27,791 nucleotides of DNA, from the IMG/VR virus record IMGVR_UViG_3300035703_000359, positions 1 through 27,791 of that record; one strand, given 5' to 3'. Of the stretch, positions 18,592 to 26,522 are shown one piece after another. Origin of the DNA: a virus. Taxonomy: Duplodnaviria > Caudoviricetes. The position numbers and the translations under genes are program-made. The notes under the pieces are model-generated. The model worked only from the letters and a program-made list of their open reading frames with translations. It searched no databases and was not told the DNA's origin. The stretch's first letter is position 1. The number at the start of each line of letters is the position of its first letter.

Positions 18592-18836
18592 ATAATACCT
18601 ACATAAAGATGGGCCTATACAAGCCATGTATCTTCATCAATCCTGATGATGATAACGATGAGGAGCTACTGAGTGCAACGGTCTATATTGATGAGGAAAA
18701 AGTGCAAATCTTGAATGAGAATGGTGAGTTCATTGCTCAATTTTTTTATGAGGAACTGAGAGGTATCATGGCTGTCATGGCAGCACATCAAGAAAAGCAG
18801 TCAATCAGAATATCAGCAATAGCTAAAAAGAATTAG
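18588..18836 (+). CDS. Hypothetical acidic protein
   Basis: ATGA overlap at 18588-18591 suggests this start; the ORF track starts at 18528. Confidence 0.55.
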   Translation: MNNTYIKMGLYKPCIFINPDDDNDEELLSATVYIDEEKVQILNENGEFIAQFFYEELRGIMAVMAAHQEKQSIRISAIAKKN

Positions 18837-20140
18837 ACAGCTACTCCTCCAACAAAGTACCTACCGTCTCTCTTATTGACTTCAAAGTAGGCACGCATCA
18901 TGATACTATCTGCAATGTCAGGGGAGAGTCCTCCAGCTTTGGCTGCAATAGTTTCCTTATCAGTTACCATCAGCTTACCATCACTGCCTACATTGGCTCT
19001 CCTTACTAGCTCTAGCTCCTTTGTGATTTGATCTTTATACTTGCTGTTGAATGTGATCTCATTCTTGTCTATCATATCACCTAGCTTGAAGTAGCAGTCA
19101 GCTTTTAAATTCTTGTAGTTAGGTCTGAAAGCTTTTGATCCATTGACAAATCCTGGGCAACGGAGATAATCTACCGCACCTCCCCCGATACCATCCTCGT
19201 CACAGATAACATTGGAGAGCTTTACCTGATACTCCTCCATCAGTCTCTTGATGATGTCCACTATCTCATTGACTCTCTTGTGAAGATGTAGATCCATCCT
19301 CTCCAGGTGCAATCCGTTCCATACACAAATGACAGTCCTATCCTTACCCAAACGCGCAATATCAGCTGTGATGTAGCAATCAGTGAGACTGTCTGACTTA
19401 TCTCTGAAACATCTGAGCAGCTCAGAATAAGAGTACAGTCTATCATCACTGCTATCAAAGTCCCAGTCTCCCAATAATAGTCTTTTCCTATCCACTTCCG
19501 GCAATGTGTTAAGGATGCCCATGTATGATGAGGGTAGCATGTAATTATCTGCACTGAGAGACTGGATGAAAGCTTTATCAGGACTCAATCTGCCCTCGCG
19601 ATGGGGATGGTAGAACTCATTGTATAGGTATCCCTTAGAGGGGTTGCATGTCATGAGCAGCTTAGGTACCAGGTTGTACTCATTGAGCTTATATCTTATC
19701 CTACTTAGCACAGTAGTGATAGCTCTCTCATGTACCTCTGCTGCCTCATCTATGAATGCATCAGTCAGCTCCAGTCCTCCCAAGTCTTGATAGTGGGGAT
19801 CTGAGGGCTTGTAAGCTAAGTCTGCAAGCACTATCTGACTATCATTGTAGAATGTGATAGTATTGCTCTGTTGGTTGTAATTGTAGTGAGTGTGGGGCTG
19901 TAGTCCCATCAGTCTAGTAGTCTCAAAGAATGACGCTATGGTAGTCTTTTTTAGGGTATCTAGCTTAGACCTCCCAATGAGAGACTTAGTGCCTGCATAC
20001 TTGAGTCTCCTCTGTATCTGCCAAATACAGCCCAGTCTTGTCTTGCCTCCTCCTGCTGCACCTCCATACAAGATCATGTTGGCAGGATGGTTATTGCGTA
20101 GATAGACCAGTGCTTCTTTCTGCTTGTCTAGTAGTTCCAT
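18833..20140 (-). CDS. terL: Terminase large subunit
   Basis: Walker A GGAAGGGKT, Walker B FIDEA, TCNP coupling motif, nuclease motifs ADIAR, DEDGIG, SPDIAD. Likely ATG at 20140 (TGATG overlap); the ORF is open to 20176. Confidence 0.92.
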   Translation of the reverse strand: MELLDKQKEALVYLRNNHPANMILYGGAAGGGKTRLGCIWQIQRRLKYAGTKSLIGRSKLDTLKKTTIASFFETTRLMGLQPHTHYNYNQQSNTITFYNDSQIVLADLAYKPSDPHYQDLGGLELTDAFIDEAAEVHERAITTVLSRIRYKLNEYNLVPKLLMTCNPSKGYLYNEFYHPHREGRLSPDKAFIQSLSADNYMLPSSYMGILNTLPEVDRKRLLLGDWDFDSSDDRLYSYSELLRCFRDKSDSLTDCYITADIARLGKDRTVICVWNGLHLERMDLHLHKRVNEIVDIIKRLMEEYQVKLSNVICDEDGIGGGAVDYLRCPGFVNGSKAFRPNYKNLKADCYFKLGDMIDKNEITFNSKYKDQITKELELVRRANVGSDGKLMVTDKETIAAKAGGLSPDIADSIMMRAYFEVNKRDGRYFVGGVAV

Positions 20141-20289
20141 CACTTTTCTTTGCTCATGATGAGCTGAGCTTTGCACACTGCATACCTCTGCTGGTAGTCA
20201 GTGAACTCGGAGTTCATGACTTCATCATTCATGCATCTGCCAATGAATTGCTCATCAGACTCATTTTGTTTTTTTTTAGGTAGTGGCAT
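20140..20289 (-). CDS. 49-aa protein of the MP.P...E....FI.RCM...QR.AVC type (not in ORF track)
   Basis: MPLPKKKQNESDEQFIGRCMNDEVMNSEFTDYQQRYAVCKAQLIMSKEK; its stop overlaps the terL start. Confidence 0.75.
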   Translation of the reverse strand: MPLPKKKQNESDEQFIGRCMNDEVMNSEFTDYQQRYAVCKAQLIMSKEK

Positions 20290-20291
20290 AT

Positions 20292-20528
20292 TTAATTTAT
20301 TAGTTCTATTGATAGTCCTTTCTCTGTGAGTAGTTCTCTGATGTATTCTCTTAGATCACAATAAGCTTGCTTGTACTCCTCACTTTTAGTCTCGTCATAC
20401 TTCACTGCCCTTCGCATGTACTCATCAATCTCCCACAATACAAATGTGATTTCATCTATGTGAGTGATCAGCTTGTGCTTTGCTCTATCTTCGGGATCAT
20501 TCAGGTCAAAGGTTATAGTAGCTTTCAT
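20292..20528 (-). CDS. Hypothetical protein
   Basis: MKA...F.L...ED phage small-protein pattern; ATGA-coupled. Confidence 0.7.
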   Translation of the reverse strand: MKATITFDLNDPEDRAKHKLITHIDEITFVLWEIDEYMRRAVKYDETKSEEYKQAYCDLREYIRELLTEKGLSIELIN

Positions 20529-20752
20529 TCTTGTCCTCTAAATATTTTGATGTAGTATTGTTCACTTGTTTCTCTTGGAAATATGGTATCATCATTGGTA
20601 ATATCTAGGCATCCTTGACAATATGACTCTATTATCTCCTCTTTGTGCATTGCTTTTGCTTTTCGCAAGATTGTATGCCATTGAAATTTGTCTTTTGGTG
20701 TGTATGATAGTTCAAAAAATAACCACTCTATTGAACTTTGTTTTTTGCTCAT
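20525..20752 (-). CDS. Hypothetical protein (KQSSIEWL...AKAMHKEEI...EQYY type)
   Basis: Pattern recalled from Bacteroidota phages; ATGA overlaps at both ends. Confidence 0.7.
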   Translation of the reverse strand: MSKKQSSIEWLFFELSYTPKDKFQWHTILRKAKAMHKEEIIESYCQGCLDITNDDTIFPRETSEQYYIKIFRGQE

Positions 20753-20976
20753 AGTTCTTTGATATGTTTCTTGACTCTTGTCCAGTACTTAATAGCTTGC
20801 TGCTCTCCAGTCTTATCTTCTACTGGAGCTGCAAGTATCTTATCTACAGCTAGCATCACTGACTCTTTGACTCTGTCTCTAGTCAGCTGTTCTAGTTTCA
20901 TTTCTTTCACTACAGCCAGTGCATGCTTCAGCATGAACTTTGCTTGTGCTTTTGGGGATGCTAGGAGCTTGCTCAT
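20749..20976 (-). CDS. Hypothetical protein
   Basis: A...VD.I......YW..VK..I..L pattern; ATGA overlaps. Confidence 0.7.
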   Translation of the reverse strand: MSKLLASPKAQAKFMLKHALAVVKEMKLEQLTRDRVKESVMLAVDKILAAPVEDKTGEQQAIKYWTRVKKHIKEL

Positions 20977-21320
20977 ATATTTCCGATGTATGATAATACT
21001 TCTGATGTTTCTAGATATTCCGACAACAAATGTATTTTGATTTCATTTTTGTTAATTGTTACTCTATGTATTGATCCATCTTCACCCAGTACAGATAGGT
21101 ATATTTCATATAGATCACTAAATTTATCAAAATGTCCACTTTCAATTATAGCTTTTCGGTAGTCCTCAAAGAAGTCATTATCATAGAATTTTATCTCTTG
21201 CTTAGTAGTAACAGTCAATCCATCAGGAAAGAAAAAATACTTGTCATACTTATCCTTAAACCATTGAGGAAGTTCAGATCCTGGTCTATCATTTGAGCAA
21301 AGTGTGCATCTATATCCCAT
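20973..21320 (-). CDS. Hypothetical protein, AT-rich
   Basis: 115-aa ORF overlapping both neighbours; N-terminal CxxC. Confidence 0.6.
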   Translation of the reverse strand: MGYRCTLCSNDRPGSELPQWFKDKYDKYFFFPDGLTVTTKQEIKFYDNDFFEDYRKAIIESGHFDKFSDLYEIYLSVLGEDGSIHRVTINKNEIKIHLLSEYLETSEVLSYIGNI

Positions 21321-21552
21321 GATTGTATCTTTTATTCATTAAGTCTGAGGGATCATACTCTCTGTACAGCTGTCCCATTTCACAGCATAGATCAAAGTGA
21401 TCTCTCTCGTCAAAGATAAGCTTTTCAATCAGCTCCTCTAGATCATGGAGTGCTTGTACATAGCCACTATTGTAAGTGTTCAAAGCCCTATTGAGCTTTG
21501 CCTCTATGAGATTATCTACCTCATCCTTAAAGATTTGCGCTGGTGTTTTCAT
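21310..21552 (-). CDS. Hypothetical protein
   Basis: Likely ATG at 21552 (MKTPAQ); the ORF track starts at 21579. Confidence 0.6.
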   Translation of the reverse strand: MKTPAQIFKDEVDNLIEAKLNRALNTYNSGYVQALHDLEELIEKLIFDERDHFDLCCEMGQLYREYDPSDLMNKRYNHGI

Positions 21553-21796
21553 TTGATAAAGATATATTATTTTTTTCAACTAGCTGATACTCACCTCTAT
21601 TATCTAGTGGAATAAAGCCTGAGCCATTGCCATGTACTACCTTCATGAAGTCTACCTCTACCTTTGCAGAGTTCACTATCACTTGTGCTACATCTGAGAT
21701 AGTCTGTGCTTTCTCAATGTCTATGTCTCCATCCTTTAGCATTTCGATTACTTCAAATAGATGGTTTCTTAAATCCTCAATCTTGTTTCGTGCCAT
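21527..21796 (-). CDS. Conserved HNH-associated small protein
   Basis: NKIEDLRNHLF...A..I..VAQVIVNSAKVEVD motif; overlaps the HNH stop. Confidence 0.7.
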   Translation of the reverse strand: MARNKIEDLRNHLFEVIEMLKDGDIDIEKAQTISDVAQVIVNSAKVEVDFMKVVHGNGSGFIPLDNRGEYQLVEKNNISLSNENTSANL

Positions 21797-22391
21797 GATT
21801 TCTTATTGTTTTTTTTAGTTTTGATATTGTCTTAATTGCTTGTACTATTTCTGTTGGATAACGGTGGATAGTGTTTCTTGCCATAGCTTCCTCATAGGTC
21901 AGCAGCAGCAGATTATCTATTGATATATTCATCTTATTGTTATCCTTAAAAACTAGTTTATGTCGGGGTGGTATTGGTCCATTCACTTCCTCCCATACTA
22001 TGTGATGTACTGCTTTCCATTTCTTGGGATCCGCTACCTTCCTCTCCAGGTATCCATCCACAGTGATTCTCTCACTGCCTACTGGTTTATAGTTATGAGG
22101 CTTGTGTCCTTTCTTGAACTCAGTAGCTACACTCACCCTCATGTACTTACCTTTATTCCATGTAATATCTCCTTTCTTATACCGGTGTGCTTTGCCATAC
22201 TTAAAAAGATTCTCATTAGTCCTAGCTAGCATCTGCTTCATATACTCAGGATCCTTTTTTATTTTTCTACTGCACGCTATACCATGTACCTTGCTCTCTG
22301 TCAATCCGTACTTGAGTGCTACTTCTCTTGTACTCATGTGTGGGTAGTCGGCTAGTATTTGATCTAGGAACTCTTGACTGTACTTTCTCAT
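21777..22391 (-). CDS. HNH endonuclease (HNH_3 type)
   Basis: KKG..(T/P)(W/H)N repeats and HHIVWEE.NGPIP.....FKD.NK.N....NL motif. Confidence 0.85.
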   Translation of the reverse strand: MRKYSQEFLDQILADYPHMSTREVALKYGLTESKVHGIACSRKIKKDPEYMKQMLARTNENLFKYGKAHRYKKGDITWNKGKYMRVSVATEFKKGHKPHNYKPVGSERITVDGYLERKVADPKKWKAVHHIVWEEVNGPIPPRHKLVFKDNNKMNISIDNLLLLTYEEAMARNTIHRYPTEIVQAIKTISKLKKTIRNHGTKQD

Positions 22392-23164
22392 AGATCACCT
22401 TTGATATTGTTCATGATAGTATTGAAAAGCTCCTCATTCTTGATAATGTGCTTATAGACCTCACACTTGACTTGGTTAATCTGCTCAGTCTTGATCATTG
22501 ACTTCCACTCATCACTGCTATACTTAGCTCTATCCCATTCACCCATAACCTGGTACATATTGCTTTTTACTTTGAGCTTGACATCACTTAGCCACTCATC
22601 AGAGATATACTCATCTTTGAAGTACCCTCTCTTGATTAGTGACTGCATGATCAGAGGTGCAGTGTACCTCAATTTCTTTTCAAAGAATGCATCCTGCTGG
22701 TCAGCTATTAGCATATCATGGAGTGCTTGTATATTCACTCTCTCCTCTACTAGCATCTGCTTTCTCTCCTCTTTCTTGCTGATGTCTTGCATTGTTTTTC
22801 TGCTATACTCAATATACCTGGTAAGTACATCACTGACATACTGCACGCTGAACATATTGTAATGTTCTATCCTGGTCCACTCGGTACCCAATGCATTCAG
22901 GTCAAAAGCCAACTGCATTTCTCCCAGTGTGATGTTTCCATACTTCTCCACTATGAGCTGAGATAGTATAGTGAACTCCTCTTGAGAGGGTAGCTGCTTG
23001 ATGCCTGAGATAGTGATGGGCTTCACCATACTCATCTTGAACTGCTGAGGAGTGAGTGCATTGATTCTAACAGTGGTCTGTGCCTGGATGAGGGATTGCT
23101 CACTCTTTGTCAATCCACTCGTATAGGTCTTGCCTGCTAATTCTACCGATTTTGCTTGAGTCAT
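22388..23164 (-). CDS. Putative replication protein (helicase loader-like)
   Basis: Directly downstream of the initiator-like gene; E...AF......H...FS..Y...VL..Y pattern. Likely start at 23164; the ORF track starts at 23212. Confidence 0.45.
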   Translation of the reverse strand: MTQAKSVELAGKTYTSGLTKSEQSLIQAQTTVRINALTPQQFKMSMVKPITISGIKQLPSQEEFTILSQLIVEKYGNITLGEMQLAFDLNALGTEWTRIEHYNMFSVQYVSDVLTRYIEYSRKTMQDISKKEERKQMLVEERVNIQALHDMLIADQQDAFFEKKLRYTAPLIMQSLIKRGYFKDEYISDEWLSDVKLKVKSNMYQVMGEWDRAKYSSDEWKSMIKTEQINQVKCEVYKHIIKNEELFNTIMNNIKGDL

Positions 23165-23702
23165 TTGATTGGTTTTTAAGTTTTGATTGTTGTTCCAAAT
23201 ATACATCAACATTAAATCCTACCCACTGCCTACCTATGGCATTCACAATAACTTGCTGAGCTAAGTCATGGTCATTATTGCAGTCTCTCATCAGTGTGCT
23301 ATATGCCATGTATTCACTCTTTGCAGATTTGTAGGGAGTCTTGGATACATTTGTCTTGTACTCTATCCATTCATCCCAATATCCATCCAACTTTCCTACT
23401 AAATCTTTATTTCTTGGCTCTTTGTACAGCTCATGCACTACTATCTGATCTACCTCATACTTGACTAGATTAGCTTTCTCTAGTGATGTGAATGCGACAT
23501 CTAGAGCAAGAGCTTCCTGCTGGATCTTTGCCTCTCTCATAGATATGCCTGGATTGATAAAGATAGATGCAATGTGGAGAGCTATATTGTCACTCATTAT
23601 CTCAGCTACTTGATTATCCTTGCATAAGTAGTAGAGCTTGAAGTATACACCCACATGATGTGAATGCATACCTCTTAGCTTATTGATTGCATCTTTCTTC
23701 AT
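23100..23702 (-). CDS. Putative replication initiator (O-like)
   Basis: N-terminal winged-helix-like region; C-terminal WDEWIEYK...YKS...AI...W.GF motif. Confidence 0.55.
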   Translation of the reverse strand: MKKDAINKLRGMHSHHVGVYFKLYYLCKDNQVAEIMSDNIALHIASIFINPGISMREAKIQQEALALDVAFTSLEKANLVKYEVDQIVVHELYKEPRNKDLVGKLDGYWDEWIEYKTNVSKTPYKSAKSEYMAYSTLMRDCNNDHDLAQQVIVNAIGRQWVGFNVDVYLEQQSKLKNQSNDSSKIGRISRQDLYEWIDKE

Positions 23703-24229
23703 TTCAATATCTTTATATGTGAGATTGCCTTGAAGTGATCAGTGGCATCTATCCCTTTGCTCTGTAAATGTAATAAGATATTTTCTAAGTCTTGTCTAAA
23801 ATTACGATCTACTGAGTACAGACTATCAATCCTTTTAATACCATTGAGTACTGTTGCATGGTCTCTGTTATAGTAGGAGCCAATGACATTGAGAGAGAAG
23901 TACTCTTTCAGATATCTTGATACCCACATGCATACTTGCCTCGTGAAGTTTATGTCAGCTACTCTATTGCGAGCCATGACATCAGTAACAGATATTCTGT
24001 GATACTTGCAGACAAGCTCTCTTACAGTCAATAGGGGATCCATTTTCGGATTGCCATCCTCATCTTTAGGCTTACCTTCATCCAGCTGTATCTTCATTTC
24101 ATCAATCTGCTGCTGTATCATGGTCTCAAATAGATCAATGAGCTTTTGATGTACATAGTTTTTCTTATCCTCGACAACACAAGACATGATGTCATTGTAC
24201 TTCTGCTTGAGTGGTATGAAAGTTCTCAT
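23699..24229 (-). CDS. Stand-alone DnaA C-terminal (domain IV) DNA-binding protein
   Basis: VCKYHRISVTDVMARNR...RQVCMW...SL..IG...NRDHATVL matches the DnaA domain IV signature RDHxTV. No AAA+ domain. Confidence 0.85.
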   Translation of the reverse strand: MRTFIPLKQKYNDIMSCVVEDKKNYVHQKLIDLFETMIQQQIDEMKIQLDEGKPKDEDGNPKMDPLLTVRELVCKYHRISVTDVMARNRVADINFTRQVCMWVSRYLKEYFSLNVIGSYYNRDHATVLNGIKRIDSLYSVDRNFRQDLENILLHLQSKGIDATDHFKAISHIKILK

Positions 24230-24378
24230 GTGCCTGGAGTGTTAAGTAGTTTCAGCATATACATACAACCAGCCTCAAAAGCCATCAGTCTAGTGCCATC
24301 ACACTGACCATCCTCATTCATTCCGGCATACTGCTCGGATGCTGCTTTGATTGCAGTCATTATCTCAAATGCGTTCAT
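24226..24378 (-). CDS. 50-aa hypothetical protein (not in ORF track)
   Basis: MNAFEIMTAIKAASEQYAG...AFEAGC...; exact ATGA overlaps with both neighbours. Confidence 0.65.
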   Translation of the reverse strand: MNAFEIMTAIKAASEQYAGMNEDGQCDGTRLMAFEAGCMYMLKLLNTPGT

Positions 24379-24665
24379 AGGTCTGACTCTTGTGTAGGTG
24401 GAACTGATTTGTACTGGCAGTCATAGATGAACTGAGCCATGTCTTTTACTGACATCTTGCAATGCTGAGCTAGTGTGAAGATGTCTCCTATTGTCATCAT
24501 GCCTGGATATTTCTCCCATCTCCTAGCTGTTGGCCAGCTGATGTTAAGGACTTTTGCCATCTCATAGGTAGAGACAAAGTGCTGTCTCATTTTAGCCACA
24601 AATGGTCTATTGATTAAGTTGCTTTCATCTGCCCTACTTAGGTAGATTTTGTCTATCTGATTCAT
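24375..24665 (-). CDS. Cro/XRE-like HTH regulator
   Basis: STYEMAKVLNISWPTARRWEKYP helix-turn-helix. Confidence 0.7.
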   Translation of the reverse strand: MNQIDKIYLSRADESNLINRPFVAKMRQHFVSTYEMAKVLNISWPTARRWEKYPGMMTIGDIFTLAQHCKMSVKDMAQFIYDCQYKSVPPTQESDL

Positions 24666-25180
24666 TGAAATAAGTTTTTGATTTTTGCAAATATAGATTT
24701 TTTCTTTTGTAGTTCAGCTATCATCTTATCTTTTGTTTTGATAGTGAACTCTAGGGTAGATATTCTAGCCTCTTGTCTATTGAGTTCAGATTGTAGATTC
24801 CTTATCTCATTCTTGTAGATAGCATCTTGAGCTATCCCTTTCATGTGAGCTGGTAGTTCTACCTCGCATGTCACTAGATCAGAGGGGGTATCTTTCTTGC
24901 TGTACTCAGCCTCATACCTTGACATCACATAGTCTAGAATATAGTCAGTGCTGTGGTTTTTTGGGTTAGTGTATAGCACTGTCCTATCCTTAGTGTCAAT
25001 TATTTCTAGCTCTCTGAGGTACTTCATGAACTGATGGCCTAGTCTATAGGTCTTAGCCACTTCATTAGTGATGCCTGGTAGAGACTGGAGGAGGTGCAGG
25101 TCATTGATTAGACCTGCTACCTTCACTCTTGTTTTTTGCTGTATGTTCATTCCTTTCTTAGTTTTAGCGTATCTATCCAT
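24662..25180 (-). CDS. Hypothetical protein with C-terminal coiled coil
   Basis: 172-aa ORF; heptad region and amphipathic KSIFAKIKNLF tail. Confidence 0.65.
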   Translation of the reverse strand: MDRYAKTKKGMNIQQKTRVKVAGLINDLHLLQSLPGITNEVAKTYRLGHQFMKYLRELEIIDTKDRTVLYTNPKNHSTDYILDYVMSRYEAEYSKKDTPSDLVTCEVELPAHMKGIAQDAIYKNEIRNLQSELNRQEARISTLEFTIKTKDKMIAELQKKKSIFAKIKNLFQ

Positions 25181-25191
25181 AGCTTTGGTAT

Positions 25192-25827
25192 TCAGAAGGG
25201 TAAGTCATTTTCATCTATAGATGCATCCATCTTACGATCATTCAATGCATTATCTACAGCATCTTGATTAGCTTGCTTGCCAGTGAGTAGGTAGTGTTCA
25301 AAGTAGAGAGCCATGTTCACATAGACCTCAGCTTTCTCTCCAGCTCCAATAGCGTCAATAGCTGCCTTCAAGGCCACTGATCTAGCAATGTTCTCCTGCT
25401 GACTTGGTGCCTGGTTAGTCCCTACTTGGTGGGTACTTGGTCGGTACTGTTGGTCGGGTGCTTTCTCAAGCTTGATAGAGTACTGAGTCTTGCCCTTGAA
25501 CTGACCCTTACTTTCGATGCTGTAGTAGATTTCTGCTCCAGTGCAGATCTTTGATGGCATCTTTTCTTTGGTGCCTACTGATCCCTCGTCTCCATTGTCT
25601 AGAGTGATGTTGTGATAGTAGATTTTGCCTGATGGTCCCTCCCACTCCCGAGAGTAGACACATGATGTAACTTTTGCGTTTTTCATTTTCTTTTTATTAT
25701 TTGATTGTTGTTGACTTTTGAGGAAGCCTTCATGCTCCACTGCTCTTTTGATATTATCCAACTGATTCTCCGGAGAGTCCTCAGCTACTAGGATGGGTGC
25801 GCCATCCTCATCTTTGATCCAGGGCAT
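25192..25827 (-). CDS. Putative single-stranded DNA-binding protein
   Basis: OB-fold-like beta region, low-complexity linker, acidic DENDLPF tail. Probable alternative start at 25686. Confidence 0.6.
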   Translation of the reverse strand: MPWIKDEDGAPILVAEDSPENQLDNIKRAVEHEGFLKSQQQSNNKKKMKNAKVTSCVYSREWEGPSGKIYYHNITLDNGDEGSVGTKEKMPSKICTGAEIYYSIESKGQFKGKTQYSIKLEKAPDQQYRPSTHQVGTNQAPSQQENIARSVALKAAIDAIGAGEKAEVYVNMALYFEHYLLTGKQANQDAVDNALNDRKMDASIDENDLPF

Positions 25828-25997
25828 TACTTCTGATAGGTTTTTTCGGTTAGTAGTTCCTCCATCCTTTCGAGTGGTGTTCTCTTAGTCCCTGCAGCTA
25901 TGTGCTGGGCTATCTGATTGAAGTCTAGCTTTTCTTTGGGATAGCTTGCAGACTGTACACAGATGTACTTCTTGGGGTAGGTTAGATTGACTTTCAT
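25827..25997 (-). CDS. 56-aa hypothetical protein (not in ORF track)
   Basis: MKVNLTYPKKYICVQSASYP...; ATGA overlap upstream and TAATG overlap downstream. Confidence 0.6.
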   Translation of the reverse strand: MKVNLTYPKKYICVQSASYPKEKLDFNQIAQHIAAGTKRTPLERMEELLTEKTYQK

Positions 25998-26200
25998 ATC
26001 TCTTGATTATTTAATTTTGCTATACTTATTAACTGATGTATATACTTGTAGGAAAATAGTTCATCACGAGTGCTTGCAAGCTCCTCTTTGGTAAATACCT
26101 CACCTTCATATGTTGATGCGAACTTTTCTAATGCTACTTGTAGGATAGTAAGTTCAGCACTAGTGAGGTCTAGCTTCCATGTTTTTATATTGCGACTCAT
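25994..26200 (-). CDS. Hypothetical protein
   Basis: 68-aa ORF coupled within the operon. Confidence 0.6.
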   Translation of the reverse strand: MSRNIKTWKLDLTSAELTILQVALEKFASTYEGEVFTKEELASTRDELFSYKYIHQLISIAKLNNQEI

Positions 26201-26203
26201 AGC

Positions 26204-26404
26204 TTAGATGATTTGAAAGATGAATGCATAGATATTGATGTACGGATTTTGTCCGGCATGCGCATAAGCAAAGCCATCTTGATCATACTTGTAGTTCCAT
26301 CCATTGTGACTTGCAATGTCAATGATGGTACTGTTAGCATTCTGCAATGAGTCGCATGAGATACACTCCCTATCCATGCCTCTAAAAATGTGTACTTGAT
26401 ACAT
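26204..26404 (-). CDS. Hypothetical early protein (first gene of the leftward operon)
   Basis: A-rich leader (AAAAACAAAAAACTATG) directly downstream of a TAnnTTTG promoter. Confidence 0.65.
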   Translation of the reverse strand: MYQVHIFRGMDRECISCDSLQNANSTIIDIASHNGWNYKYDQDGFAYAHAGQNPYINIYAFIFQII

Positions 26405-26426
26405 AGTTTTTTGTTTTTGATTTCAG

Positions 26427-26458
26427 CAAAGATATGAATACTTTTGAATATAGACGAA
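26427..26458 (-). promoter_or_regulatory. Bacteroidota primary-sigma promoter, leftward
   Basis: -7 element TATCTTTG at 26434-26427; near-consensus TTCG 20 bp upstream. Confidence 0.7.
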
Positions 26459-26466
26459 AAAAGTAT
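26438..26466. repeat. 8-bp inverted repeat (candidate operator)
   Basis: ATACTTTT-N13-AAAAGTAT. Confidence 0.5.
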
Positions 26467-26474
26467 CAATTCTT

Positions 26475-26498
26475 TTATTAACATAGTTATTAACATAG
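26475..26498 (+). repeat. Perfect 12-bp tandem repeat with DnaA-box-like cores
   Basis: TTATTAACATAG x2. Confidence 0.8.
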
Positions 26499-26509
26499 CA
26501 AAAGAGTAG

Positions 26510-26517
26510 TACCTTTG
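26510..26517 (+). promoter_or_regulatory. Bacteroidota -7 promoter element, rightward
   Basis: TACCTTTG, 5 nt before ATG 26523. Confidence 0.6.
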
Positions 26518-26522
26518 ATGTC

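Noticed and set aside
20269-20277. A9 run (- strand) as a frameshift fusing the 49-aa ORF to terL
   Set aside because: The terL frame contains a TGA between the run and the terL ORF.
26197-26496. 99-aa - strand ORF
   Set aside because: Runs through the promoter region and overlaps the better-supported 26204..26404.
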